From Hemiscyllium ocellatum (taxonomy: Eukaryota), in assembly GCF_020745735.1 (NCBI RefSeq), contig NC_083445.1, positions 12,834,001 through 12,898,000 on the forward strand: 64,000 bases of DNA, written 5' to 3'. Each line of letters starts with the position of its first letter. The first letter of the stretch is position 1. Shown here in pieces: positions 1 through 13,032 of this stretch. The position numbers and the translations under genes are program-made. The notes under the pieces are model-generated. The model was not told the origin of the DNA and made no database searches. It saw only the letters and a list, made by a program, of their open reading frames with translations.

Positions 1-749
1 CTGGGCGGCAACTCAATAGGGTGGTAGCTCTTGTTTCATAAATGTTATGTGAAAGCAAAGTACTCTGTTATACAACAACAACAACATTATTAGGCACCCC
101 ACAGATCTCACAGGAGCTCTAGAGAACAAAGGATGAGACTCAGCCACAGCAAGAGATGTTAGCTCAAATGGTTAATGCTTCGGTAGAGGTAGTTCTTAAA
201 TGGATGGCTTAAAAGAGGAGAGGGAGGTTGAGAGGCAGTAAGGTACAGGGATAGAATAACAATATTTCTTAAGGCCCCTAACTTTACTTTAAACTAAGGT
301 GCTGCACATAAGTTTATTCAGCAAACTAAGAGCCCAGGGTACTGGGGTAATGTACTGGCACAAGAGAGCTGGGTTGTGCTTTATTAAAATAAAGCGTTCA
401 TTTTTGTGGGATTTGAGCTTTGCTGGCTGGGCCCAGCATTTATTGCCCCATCCCTAATTGCCCCTTGAGAAGGTGGTGGGTGAGCCGCCTTCTTGAACCG
501 CTGCAGTCCATGTGCTGTGGGTTAACCCACAATGCCCTTCGGGAGGGAATTCCAGGACTTTGACCCTTGCGACACTGAAGAAACAGTGACGCATTCCCCG
601 GTCGGGATGGACAGCGGAGAGGGGAACTCATTTCGGAACTTTTGGGAGTGAAGAGGTGAGTAACTCGCCACAGTATTCCTGGCCTCTGACTGTATTTGTG
701 TGGTGAGTCCAGTTGAAGACTGTCAATTTACTAACCTATAACCAAAAAT

Positions 750-2020
750 ATTCAGAATTTCGATGACAGCAACAAATGTACCACTGCCAAGTTTACAAAA
801 ATAGATGGGAAGGCAGTGGTGGGGATGACGCAGAGGGATACAGACAGATTAAGTGAATGGGCAAAAACTTGGCAGATAGAATAGAATGTAAGAAAGTAAG
901 AGGTGATGCATTTTGGCAGGGAGAATAGAAGAGCTGAATATTATTTCAATGGGGGAAAAGACTGTAGGAAGCCGCAGCACAGAGGGATTTGGAGGTCCTC
1001 ATGCATGCATTAGAAGAAGCTAAAGTCATCATATGAAAGGCAAATGGATCCACTGTCCTTTATTTCCAATCGAATCTAGTATAAAAGTAAGGAAGTCTTA
1101 TTAAAAACTATATATTGCACTAGCAAGACCACAACTGGATTCTGGGACCCTTACTGTCAAATCCCTACTGTGTGGAAGCAGGCTATTCAGCCCATCGGGT
1201 CGACGCCAACCCTCTGAAGAGGGTCCTATCCAGCTATCCTCTCCCTGTAACCCAGCATTTCCCAGGACTAGCCCACCTAACCTGCACATCTTTCAACAGT
1301 GGGAGGAAACCCACAGGGAGAACGTGAACACTCCACGTAGACGTTCGCCCGAGGCTGGAATCGAACCCGGGTTGCTGACGCTGTTAACCACTGAGCCACT
1401 GTGCATTCTTAAACGAATGCTGGTCTTGGAGAGAAAGAGACAGCGCGCAGAGATTACTAGGTTGATTGCAGGCAGAGGAAAGGCTCAAGTATGCTGAGCT
1501 AGTACTTACTGGAGTTTAGAAGAACAAGAGATCTTGGTGATTCTAAGGGCTCAACCAGCTCGATGTCTTCTCCTGGGACAGTCTGGGACCACAGGATATT
1601 ATCGCAGTGTGAGGGATCACTCGTTTAAGACAGAGCTGAGTTATTAAGGAGCAGCAGCATTGCCTTGTGCAGAGTGGGTCTTGCCTCACAAATGTAATGG
1701 AGTTCAGGAGGAAGGGATAAAGATGTCTAGTGAAGGGTAGGGGATTGGAACATCATCTATACGGCCTGTTCCTGTGCTGTATTGTTCAGCACTTTATGAG
1801 GAGGATTACTTTTCTCTCAAGAGGGTAGTGAATCTGTGGACCTCTTTACAGCTGTCAGGGCTGGGTCCGAGGCTGACACAGACAGCTTTTAAATCAGGAA
1901 GGGAATGGAGGGTCACAGGGTAAAAGGTGGGGAAGTGGAGTTGAGGATCATCAGTTTGGCCATGATCTCATTGAAAGGCACTACAGGCTTGAGGGTCCTA
2001 CTCATCCTCTGACCTCTTAC
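750..2020 (+). mobile_element. Old CR1 fragment interrupted by a minus-strand HE1-like SINE (about 1159-1404)
   Basis: Decayed RT C-terminal sequence (agattaagtgaatgggcaaaaacttggcagat) and SINE head/tail. Confidence 0.7.
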
Positions 2021-4379
2021 ATCTTAACGCCCAGACAGCTGATGTCATGTCTATTAAACGGTGCAGCAAGTAGCATTGGGATTACACAATAGGCCAGAAT
2101 TAGAAAAGGGCCGGTGACACAGGATTATGGGGATGGAGTATACTACAGAGACAGGGGCAGGCTGGGCCATGGAAGGATTGAAAAACAGTGAGAATTTTCA
2201 GTAGCGTGTCCTTGTAAAAAAAAACGGCTTTTCTTCCACGATCCATTACCCCTTTCCTCTTTCACCATAATATTCCTCTTCAGCTGGTTCTCTCATACCT
2301 ATCACCTACAGAGCCAATGGAGACCAACACTGACAGTGTCTCCATGTTCCAGAAATCTCTGACGATTTAGGGAAGGCTGTTCCCACTGACCCGGGCGATT
2401 ATATTTTAAAATTAAAAACAAATCTTAGGAGCATCTGTGTCTAGACCTCAACGCTAAACCCCACCACGGCCCCTACCCAAAGACTAGTCAAACGTACTCA
2501 GGCTTCCTTCTTTAACATTAAAACAGCTTGCAATAGACACAAACAAAACATTTTGTCCCAATGGTCAAGACCATTTGTACAGCCTTCCCATTTGCTCTCT
2601 GGAAACTTGTATGGGAACAGAATTGACTGCGCTTCTCTAATATAATCCTGCTTTGTTTTTGCCTGCATCTGTTTATTCAGATGAGAGAGACTCAAAGACA
2701 CTAACCTGGTGCTGGTCAAACCTCGCTGTCATCTCAAAAAAGAGGCTTTGGATTCATTTCTGGGATGTGGATGTCATAGGGCTGGGCCAACTTTTGCTGC
2801 CCATCCCTAATTGCCCCTGGAGAAGGTAGTGGCCAGCTGTCTACTTGAACCACTGCAGTCCTTGGTGGGTAGGGCCATCCACGGAGCTATTAGGAAGGGC
2901 ATTCCAGGCTTTGACCAAGTGACAGTGAAGGACCGGGTGATATAATAAGGGAGGCAGGGCATAGGGGGTTAAGTCACTCAATTAGTAACACAGAAAACCA
3001 GGCTAATGCACAGAGGATGCAAAATGACTCCCACCCTTGACAATGGTGAAATTTTACTTCAATAAAACTCTGGAATAAATAGCTGGTCTAATGGTAACTG
3101 TGTAATCACTTGTCATAAAGAAAACCCATCTGGCTCACTAGCACCCTTTAGGGAAGGAAATCAGGCTTACATGTGACTCCACAAGTTTGATTCTTAACGG
3201 GCAATACTAATACTCCGTGAACAAACTAACAAACAAAAACACGACCATGTGTGTGAATTGGGAACTTGTAGATAGTTCCCTTCCTACACATTTGCTGCCC
3301 TTGTCCTCCCATTAGAGGTTACAGTTTTGGAGGAACCTTGGTAATGCAGTGCATCTATTACAAGGTACATAATATTGCTTCTCTGTGCTCATGGTCAAGG
3401 AGGTAAATGTTGAAGTAGTGTTACCAATCAATGGAAGCTAGCCCAGGCCAAAGGAACCCAACGTTGTTTGGTGTCATAGTCATCCAGGCAAGTGGGGAAT
3501 ACTGCAACATACCATGACTTGTGCCTTATAGACAGTCAACAGGCTTGGCAGAGTCAGGAGGGGAATCACCTTAGAATTCCTAGTCTCAACTTGCAGCCCC
3601 TTTATTTGTGGGGCTGGTCCAGTTCACATCCTGGTTAATGGTCATCCCCAGGACATTGATCGCGGGGGATTCGGTGGCAGTACTGCCAGTGAATGTCAGT
3701 CAAGTTCACTACAACTGAAGTGTGACCTGACCCAGATCTTACCGCGAAAGATGAATGCCCAGACCAGACTGTAATATGGAAATGAGGCAGGACTGAAGGA
3801 TAACGTGGTGAGAAAGGGCTCAGTGAAGCAGGACAAAGCATTATTTTATCAAACAGCACAAAAACCCCCTTTTCTCCCCCTCTCATTTCAAGGAGAGATG
3901 GGGTAGATGCATCTCAGACAAAAAGCTGGGGTCAGCTCAGGTCAGATCCTGAACTTTAAGACTGAACTAATTAAGTCTCTGATGATTCTTTGTGGGGAGG
4001 AGACTTCACTGAATTCACTACACTTATTTGTGTATTCAAACCCAACCACTGCCAACGGAGACAGTGAGAAATGGGACAGAAGTTACATGATCAAACGTGT
4101 TGTCAAGTTTCAAATGTTTGCACTTGCTCTGCTCGTAAAACAAAACTTCTCCCTGTGCTTAGGTACATGTGACCATAATAAAGCAAATCAAAAAAAAATC
4201 ACATTTGAGACCTGAAAAATAATTTAACATACAGATATATTTTTAAAAAACTAAATTCAAACAGTGATGAAGTTAAAGAACCAGGCAATAATCCTTAAAT
4301 CAAACCACAACATAAAAGGTCTTTACTGTACCTTAAACATTCATTGCATTTAACCACATCCTTCCTAAACATCAAGCCT

Positions 4380-4570
4380 GAAAAATGTGCTGCTGGAAAA
4401 GCACAGCAGGTCAGGCAACATCCAAGGAGCAGGAGAATCGACATTTGGGGCATAAGCCCTTCTTCCTGAAACGTCGATTCTCCTGCTCCTTGGATGTTGC
4501 CTGACCTGCTGCGCTTTTCCAGCAACACATTTTCAGCTCTGATCTCCAGCCTCTGCAGTCCTCACTTTCT
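4380..4570. mobile_element. PLE-derived hairpin mini-insertion, ribozyme truncated at the junction
   Basis: Inverted arms; TSD cctaaa(c/t)atcaagcct at 4364-4379 and 4571-4586. Confidence 0.85.
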
Positions 4571-5345
4571 CCTAAATATCAAGCCTACCCAGTTACACCA
4601 TGAAGTGTGTTCTGACATTGGAAGAGTCTCCCATCCTCATTTCATACTTCCTGGTAACCAGTTACTGCTGTTCAAGCTCAACACCAATCAGCTGGGAGGT
4701 TCCACAGCCTGCTGAAACTTTCAAGCACAAATGCTCCAGGGACACGCTGATCACATGCTACAGACTGCAAACTAAACCCTGGCTCAGTCAAGACTGGTAG
4801 AAAAATCAAATACAAACACACAGGCTTGGTTAAAGTTAAGCTTGAACACATGGGCAGCAGCCTCTATCATTGTGGCTTGGACATAGTTAAAAGGAAAAGG
4901 TTTGAGGGGCCAGGGCTGGTCCCCTTCTCCTCGTCAACGCCAATCTATATTCCTCAGCTTGAAAACAAAAGACAGCAATGGAGTAACAGCTTTGACTGCA
5001 TTATTCAGAGGTGCCATCTCTCAGAAACATTATGTTGGTGAACATTTTAAGATTGGGGATTGATTTTTCTGAAGCCCTTGTCAATAATCTTAGCCAAAAC
5101 TTCTTAAAAGTTACTTTTTCAATGAAAAAAAAACCTTTGAGGATCATGACATTTAATAAGATACACCATTTTCAATATTAACTCTCTTATAACATGTAAA
5201 AGCAGAAAACTCATACACTGGATCAGAATGCAAACCAGCCTTTGTTTGGCACTAGATATGTAGGACACATCACCTGTGTGGGGTCACTCAGTAACAGGAG
5301 GAGCCACTTATTGAGTTGATTTGCAATGCGGCCAATTGATTTGTT

Positions 5346-5794
5346 GGACTTCTCCGTCGCCAGACCACAGCAACACAACGGCTGGAGGAAGAGCGCCTCA
5401 TCTTCCACCTAGGAACCCTCCAACCACAAGGGATGAACTCATATTTCTTCAGTTTCCTCATTTCCCCTCCCCCACCTTGTCTCAGTCCCAGCCCTCGAAC
5501 TCAGCACCACCTTCCTAACCTGCAATCTTCTTCCTGGCCTCTTCACCCCCACTCCAGCCTATCACCCTCACCTTAACCTCCTTCCACCTATCGCATTCCC
5601 AACGCCCCTCCCCCAAGTCCCTCCTCCCTACCTTTTATCTTAGCCTGCTTGGCACACTCTCCTCATTCCTGAAGAAGGGCTCATGCCTGAAATGTCGAAT
5701 CTCCTGTTCCTTGGATGCTGCCTGACCTGCTGCGCTTTTCCAGCAACACAGTTTCAGCTCTGATCTCCAGCATCTGCAGTCCTCACTTTCTCCT
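5346..5794 (+). mobile_element. PLE 3' fragment (end of GIY-YIG, pyrimidine-rich UTR, decayed hammerhead at 5665-5700)
   Basis: RLEEERLIFHLGTLQPQGMN; TSD aattgatttgtt. Confidence 0.88.
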
Positions 5795-5899
5795 AATTGA
5801 TTTGTTATACCAACAATGCAAATCATCCGTTGCTTCAAGCATGGCCACACCCCCCCCCTTCCTTTTTTCAAATAAAGGCAAAATATTGATGCTATCTGA

Positions 5900-6055
5900 A
5901 ACGAACAGAAAATGCTGGAGAAACTCAGCAGGTCCAGGCAGCATCTGTAGAGAGAGAAATCTCAAGCAACTCTTGCTCAGAACTGGTGGTAGCTAGGAAA
6001 ATGTCAAGTTATATATACAGATGCTAGCAGACCCACTGAGTTTCTCCAGCTTTAT
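5900..6055. mobile_element. Old inverted PLE-type terminal fragment
   Basis: gctggagaaactcag...ctgagtttctccagc inverted pair with the cagcatctg motif shared by the PLE tails. Confidence 0.5.
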
Positions 6056-6174
6056 CTTGGTTTTATAATCAACTCAAGGTTGGATGTCAGCTAAAGACTG
6101 ACCCTCCCCTTCCTTGGTCCAACTTGAACGTGGGTTTATTATCAGAACCAACAGGGAATTAACCCCAGGTGTGC

Positions 6175-6435
6175 ACTATGGAAACAGATCCTTCAGCCTA
6201 GCTTGTCCATGCTGACCAGATATCCTAAACTAATCTAGTCCCATTTGCCAGCACTTGGCCCATATCCCTCTAAACCCTTCCTATTCATGTCCCCATTCAG
6301 ATGCCTTTTAAATACTAATTGTACCAGCCCCCACCACTTCCTCTGGCAGCTCATTCCATACATGTACCACCCTCTGCATGAAAAAGTTGCCCCTTAGGTC
6401 CCTTTTAAATCTTTCCCCTCTCACCCTAAACCTGT
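6175..6435 (-). mobile_element. CR1 LINE 3' end
   Basis: Matches the 3' region of the other CR1 copies. Confidence 0.85.
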
Positions 6436-7368
6436 ATGACTATGACTGAATGATTTAAATCTAGCCCCCCACCTCCCCCCAAACCAGGTCAATTATAAAT
6501 TTCACACAATCTCTCTGCACAGATCCTCCCAAGAGATTCAACTCATCTGAATAGTCCCGGCCACCATTGATTCTGTGGATTTAATTTCTTTTATCTTAAA
6601 AAAAATCGTGATCTGACAAGTATTGCCCTTTGCGAATGAAAACACACATGGTTGCAGATGTCCAGGCCTCAAAAATAAACAAGCAGCTCTCGGAGAAAGG
6701 GTTAAGGCACGGTGACCTCGCCTCTGTGGTTACACAATTGGCTCGAGTCACGATCAAAGTGCAGTAACACAATATCAGGCGCGGTCAAAACTAGCCCAGG
6801 GTTGGACCCGGAACCGTCAAACGGGGAGGTTAGGATGAATGTCCTTTGGGAAATCACACACCTCAGCGTCAGTGAGGAAACCATTGCACGGTCCCGCTCG
6901 CCCGTGACTGGTGAGCTGTCAATTACAGCGGTGAAACTGACCTGGTTTCTCTCTCCCCCCACCCCAACACACACACACGCCCCTCTGCAATTTCACCCAG
7001 GTTTTAAGAGGGAAAAAAAATCAGTGGAAGACCTTAATGGCGTCATTGACAGGGAATTAAATGTAAAGAGGGGGGGAAACGGCCATTTCATTCGGCAACA
7101 CCTCGTCTGCCGAGAGAGAGAGAGACACCACACACACACACAATTGAAGCCCAGTTAAGAATTGTTTCCTAATCCCCATAACCAGTTTAATTAATGGGCC
7201 GTGCATTAAATCAATAAAGAATCGCGAAATGGCACGGCTTCAGGCCCGTTTTATATTTACTACCAGTGTTTTTTTTCCTCTCTGCTTTGATTCAAAACCC
7301 CTCGTTAACAATGGCTCATAAATCAAGGGAGGGGGGGAGATAAAAAGGGTTCTAACATATTGACTATC

Positions 7369-7373
<5 letters not shown>

Positions 7374-7400
<27 letters not shown>
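7374..7400. repeat. (GA)n microsatellite
   Basis: Run of about 13 GA units. Confidence 0.95.
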
Positions 7401-7703
7401 AAATATATCGCAGACCACAAACAAACTAATGACTTTTTTCATTTTTTTTATATAAAAAGGAAAAAAAGGAAAAAAAAGAAATTGGGTCCCCCCCTCCCCT
7501 CCCCAACTGTGGCATACATTGTATTTTGGAGCTGAAGATTACAGGACAAGTTCCAAAGACTAGGGCATTTTTTTTGAGGGGGGTGGTGTTTTTATTAAAT
7601 GAGAACATCTTCCGGTTGCGCATTGCCACAACAGATGAAAAGAATTTTTTTTCTCTCAAAAATCTTGCCCCCCTCCACCTCGAGTTTTGTCAGAACCGTG
7701 TAC

Positions 7704-7833
7704 CTGATCCGTAGGATTTGACCAGAAGCCAGGACAGACTTCCCGCAATCTTGGCTCTGAAGAAATCGTACTGGTCCAGGGGTTTGATCTCCGGGACGAG
7801 GAAAGTCTTCCTCATTTCACCTACATCGACCAT
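7704..7833 (-). CDS. CAMSAP3: First coding exon of a CAMSAP (patronin) family gene, most similar to CAMSAP3; rest of the gene lies left of this exon or outside the window
   Basis: Minus strand reads GCCATGG (strong Kozak) then MVDVGEMRKTFLVPEIKPLDQYDFFRAKIAGSLSWLLVKSYGS, then G|gtacac (phase-1 donor). Matches the CAMSAP N-terminus as I recall it (CAMSAP3 TFLVPEIKSLDQYDFSRAK). CAMSAP3 and DOCK6 are both on human 19p13.2. CAMSAP2 is not fully excluded. Confidence 0.88.
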
Positions 7834-8356
7834 GGCAGGGACTAACAGCGGCCATCCGCAGAGCTGGGTCCGGTCAGGATAATCCGAGCGAGTCCAATTC
7901 AGAATCTGCGCTTAGCTCTGCTCTCGGTTCCGCCAGCCGCTGGTGCCGGGTTCAGAAGCTCCCATTTCATTCCATTGCCTGCGCTGCTGTTGTTCTCCCG
8001 CTGCCTGCCCTCAGATCCAGGTACCGCGCTGACTCACACTGGGAAGCTGGAGGCTGGGCTGTGCTCAACTCGTCATTTTTCAGCCGGCTCAGGTATCCCT
8101 GCAGCCTTCTCTCACACACACAGCACCATCTAGAGGGGACCTCTCCATAACCATCCTCCCCCCTGGCTGTGTGATTCACACTCAGCACTGTGGCATTATG
8201 GTCTTCGGCTCTCTTTGAGAAATGATTGACACCCAAGCTTGAGTCAGAGACAATGTACCTGCCTGGTCACATTTTGTGCTGAATCCACTGAACGTGAAAT
8301 CTCCAATGTCCAGTTTTCACTCGATTCCTTTGTCGGTTGAACCTTAACAGCACAAA

Positions 8357-8454
8357 TTCTGGATCAGTGGTGCTGGAAGAGCACAGCAGTTCAGGCAGCA
8401 TCCAACCGGCAGATCCAGAATCTGGTTTCCAGCATCTGCAGTCATTGTTTTTAT
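8357..8454. mobile_element. Internally deleted PLE hairpin mini-insertion
   Basis: Same termini as the 35848 element; perfect TSD cttaacagcacaaa. Confidence 0.8.
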
Positions 8455-8487
8455 CTTAACAGCACAAAGCCGAGCAGAGTATCAGGG

Positions 8488-9610
8488 GTGCTGTGTGCAG
8501 TTTTGGTCTCCTGACTTGAGGAAGGATATACTGGCACTGGACGGGGTGCAGAGGAGGTTCACTTGGTCTAGAACATTGAACTGTCCGGCACAGGAACAGA
8601 CCCACAATGTAGTGCTGAACATGACTTCAAATTAAACTAACCTCTTCCATCTGCCGTTGGTCCATAACCCTCCATTTTCTTGCATATTCATGTTCAAGCC
8701 CCTTAAATGCCCCGATAGTACCTGCAATCCCCACCTCCTCGGCAGAGCATTCCACACTCCTACCACTCTTAGTGTAAGAAACTTACCCCTCACATCTCCT
8801 TTGAACTTACCCTGATCTTTAATGCGTGCCCCCTAGTTTTAGACATTTCAAATTTGCGCAAAAGATGCAGACCATGTACCATATCTATGCATCTCGTCGT
8901 TTGATGAACTCCGATCAAGTCTCCCCTCAGCCGCTTCAGGGAACACAACCTGAGTTTTTCCAGCCTCTCCTTATAGCTCATACCCTCTCATCCAGGCAGC
9001 ATCCTGATTAATCTCTTCTGCGCCCACTCCCATGTCTCCACATCCTTCCTATAATGTGGTGACCAGAACTGAACACAAACGTTCAGTCTGGCCTATACAA
9101 AGTCTTAGAAAGCTGCAGCGTAGTTGATTCTGGACAGGGTCGGCTTATGAGGAGAGATTGAGCAGACTGGGACTGTACTCATTGGAATTTCGAAGACTGA
9201 GGGGGGACCTTATCGAAGATTGTGAAGGGAATAGATTAGCTACAAGCAGGGAGGTTGTCTCCACTGGGGTGGGGGCTGGGTGGGTGGAGGGGGGTGAAAC
9301 CAGGACTAAGGGCATAGCCTCCAAATAAGGGGGAGCAGATTTCGGACTGAGTTGAGGAGGAACTTCTTCATCCAAAGGGTTGTGAATCTGTGGAATTCCC
9401 TGCCCAGTGAAGCAGTTGAGGCTGCCTTATTGAATTATTTTAAGGCAAAGATAGACAGATTTTTGAATAGTAAAGGAATTAAGGGTACGGGTGAGAGGGC
9501 GGGTAAGTGGAGCTGAGTCCATGAAAAGATCAGCCATGATCTTATTGAATGGGGGAGCAGGCTGGAGGGGCCAGATGGCCTACTCCTGCTCCTAGTTCTG
9601 ATGTTCTTAC
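8488..9610 (+). mobile_element. CR1 fragment interrupted by a minus-strand CR1 (about 8567-9121)
   Basis: Plus copy breaks at gaggttcact and resumes at tagttgattc; inner copy encodes SYKERLEKL..LRGDLIG. Confidence 0.8.
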
Positions 9611-10049
9611 GTCTTTTCTCATAGTGTCTCTTTCGAGAGCATGCTGTGCGTGAATGGGTTGTCCTGTTGCCTGCAACACAACAATAATTGCTCTTTAAAA
9701 GCATTTAATTCCCTGTAAAGTGCTTTGAGATATCCTGGCATAGGGAAAAGCATTATTAAAGGATAGAAGGAGGCTGTTGGGAATGTCTCTTGTCAGTGCC
9801 AGCGCAGTGAAAGAGATGTCTAGTATAATCTCACACCTACATTTTTCCCTTTATAACCCCCTGCAAAAAAGTCCGATCAGCTTTTACAGTGACTATGGAA
9901 TCTGATTGCTGCAGCTTTTAGGTATTGTTAGTGTATCTCAGACCGTGACAATTGTCTGAGTGAAGAAATCTCTTGTCTCAGAATCTCTTGGCACGAGAAA
10001 ATGTATTCAGCCTATACCCTGCACGTGACAAAGTTAGAAACTGACCTGA

Positions 10050-10442
10050 TGTAAAGCCAAGCCCAATGTTGTACATAGCTGTGAGGTGATCCTTGCTCCT
10101 TTTAATTTGTACAAAAGTAATCAAGTCCTTCATGTAATCCAGCCTCCCATCCATGGACACCATCTTTACTTCCTGTTGCTTCTCAGACAGATGATACAAC
10201 ACATATCAACAGACTCAAGAATGGCTTCCTCCCTCTGTTATCAAACTTATGTCCGAACCGCTCATATATTAGAGTTCATTCGAGTTCATCTTTCTCTGCA
10301 CATTCTCTGTAGCTGTAGCACTATATTCTGCACTCTGTTCTATTACCTTGATGTACTTATGTAAGGTATGATTTGTCTGGATAGCGCGTAAAACAATACT
10401 TTTCGCTATATCTTAGATGTGACACTGATAAATCAAATCAAA
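10050..10442 (+). mobile_element. Rex-Babar LINE 3' end
   Basis: Same 3' UTR and aataaatcaaatca-type tail as 49425-50080. Confidence 0.7.
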
Positions 10443-10802
10443 ACTTTGGTTATAAATATGTCATCAGTGAGAATAGTTAGACTTTGCAGCATTCAATTTG
10501 TTCTTTCATTATTCTTGCCAATATCTGGGAATTTATTTCACATTTTGACAGGCCTTGTTTGAAGAATGTATGATATTTGGCTTCAATATTTACTCATTTT
10601 AGCCTGTCTTATCCTTTTAATCAAGGACTCGCCTGAGTATCTCAAAATGTATAGTAATTTAAAGTAAAATTCTGGCCAGTTTGGAGAGGGGTGAACAATC
10701 ATTATTCCTTGTTGTTTCCTGACTATCTCTAGAAGTTACTGAACCTGTACTGAATCTGTATGTGGAAGTCCCGTGGAGTGAGAAACTTGCAGTTGGAGAC
10801 TT

Positions 10803-11536
10803 ATACACTTAATGGTAAGGTCCTAGGGAGTATTGCTGAACAAAGAGACCTTGGAGTGCAGGTTCATAGCTCCATGAAAGTAGAGTTGCAGGTAAATAGG
10901 ATAGTGAAGAAGACATTTGGTATGCTTTCTTTATTGGTCAGAGTATTAAGCATAGGAATTTGGAGGTCATGTTGTGGCTGTACAGGACATTGGTTAGACC
11001 ACTTTTGGAATATTGTGTGCAATTCTGGTCTCCTCCCTATCGGAAGGATGTTGTGAAACTTGAAAGGATTCAGAAAAGATTTACAAGATGTTGCCAGGGC
11101 TGGAGGGTTTGAGCGATAGGGACAGGCTGAATAGGCTGGGGCTGTTTTCCCTAGAGCATCAGAGGCTGAGGGGTGACCTTATAGAGGTTTATAAAATCAT
11201 GAGGGGCATGGATAGGATAAGTAGGCAATGTCTTTTCCCTGGGGTGGGGGAGTCCAGAACTAGAGGGTATAGGTTTAGGGTGAGAGGGGAAAAATATAAA
11301 AGAGACCGAAGGGCCAACTTTTTCACACAGAGGGTGACGCATGTGTGGAATTAGCTGCCAGAGGAAGTGGTGGAGGCTAGTACAATTGCAACATTTAAAA
11401 GGTATCCGGATGGGTATATGAATAGGAAGGGGTTGGAGGGATATGGGCCAGATGCTGGCAAGTTAGGATATCTGGTCGGCATGGACGAGTTGGACTGAAG
11501 GGTCTGTTCCCATACTGTACACCTCTCTGGCTCTAT
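10803..11536 (+). mobile_element. CR1 LINE 3' fragment inserted in a pseudo-exon
   Basis: RLGLFSLE..RLRGDLIEVYKIM; flanked by gactt on both sides. Confidence 0.92.
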
Positions 11537-11814
11537 GACTTTCAATATGGAGAGACTGTTGTGCTGCAGTTACTATGCAGTTCTGTCAGAGAATGCGGGG
11601 AAATAAGATATGCACTCTTTGCATGTCTTTTATGATTTTCGGTGTTTCAAACTAACGAAGTACCTTTGAAGGGGTACTGCTGTTGTAATGACGGAAACGT
11701 GGCAGCTAATTTGCATATAGCATGCTCACACAAACAACGTGATAATGAACAGATAATCTGTTTTGTTAGTGATATTGATTGAAAGATAAACATTGGCTCT
11801 TCTTTGAAATGTGG

Positions 11815-11942
11815 TGATGTGGAGGTGCCAATGTTTGACTGGGACAGATAAAGTCAGAAGTCACATAGCACCAGTTTAGAGTTGAACAGGTTTATTTGAA
11901 ATTACCAGCTTTCGGAGCAGTGCCCCTTTGTCAGGTGAAGTG
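11815..11942 (-). mobile_element. 3' tail of the third PLE family, decayed hammerhead
   Basis: Reverse complement cacctgacaaaggggcactgctccgaaagct; tail matches 42530-42608. Confidence 0.55.
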
Positions 11943-12336
11943 TGCTGTCTAGGTGTTTCTCAAACTGTCTTGACAGGTCCAATCACACCTTGGTTTAAGG
12001 CAGGTTCACCTGCAAGGCAACACACTCAACCATACGGCACTCCCACAATGCTGCACAACAGCTTAGAGCTATTTTCATAATCAATTTATTCAGAGATATT
12101 ATGGCTCTCTGGATGAAGTAAGAGGTTCACCTAATCAGCACATCTTTGGACTGTGGGAGGAAACCCACACATTCACCTGAGGCTGGAATTGAACCTGAGT
12201 CCCTAGCCCTGTGAGGCAGCAGTACTAACCACTGAGCCACCATGCTGCCCCATGGCCCACGGAAGAAGCAGGCTGTGAACTTATCGCTCAGTGCTGACCC
12301 TACCTGGGCTCAATTTGGCAATCACCTGAGCTGCAA

Positions 12337-13032
12337 TAGAGTCATAGAGATGGACAGCATGGAAACAGACCCTTCGGTTCAACTCGTCCATGCTGACCAG
12401 GTAGCCTAACCCGATCTAGTCCAATTTACCAATATTTGGCTCTTCAAACCCTTCCTATTCATATACCCATCCAGCTGCCTTTTAAATGTTATATAATTGT
12501 ACCAGCCTCACCACTCCCTCTGGCAGCTCATTCCATTTATGCACCACCCTCTGCATGAAAAAGCCGCCCCTTAGGTCCCTTTTAAAATTTTCCCCTCTCA
12601 CCCTAAACCTATGCCCTCTAGTTTTGGACTCCCCACCCCGGAGAAATGACATTGTCTATTTATCCTATCCATGTCCCTCATAATTTTATAAACCTCTATG
12701 AGGTCACCCCTCAGTCTCCGACACTCCAGGGAAAACAGCCCCAGCCTATTCAGCCTCTTCCTATAGCTCAAACCCTTCAATCCTGGCAACATCCTTGTCA
12801 ATCTTTTGTGAACCCTTTCAAGTTTCACAACATCCTTCCGACAGGAGGGAGAACAGAATTGCACACAATATTCCAAAAGTGACCTAACCAATGTCCTGTA
12901 CAGCCGCAACGTGACCTCCCAACTCCTGTACTCGATGCACCGATCAATAAAGACGCCTTCTTCACTACCTTATTTTCTTGTGACTCCACTTTCAAGGAAC
13001 TATGAATTTGCGTTCCCAGGTCCATTTGTTCA
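12337..13032 (-). mobile_element. CR1 LINE 3' fragment
   Basis: LYRTLVR..LEYCVQF..RRLRGDLIEVYKIM ORF and ctctatgactctat tail. Confidence 0.92.

Larger units (their letters stand above)
6650..8200 (-). promoter_or_regulatory. CpG-enriched, repeat-free promoter / first exon / proximal intron 1 region of the CAMSAP gene
   Basis: Visible CpG retention and no transposon fragments around the ATG exon, unlike the flanks. Confidence 0.6.

Noticed and set aside
6712-7158. 148-aa plus-strand ORF
   Set aside because: Antisense in CAMSAP intron 1, GTG start, runs through simple repeats, no domain
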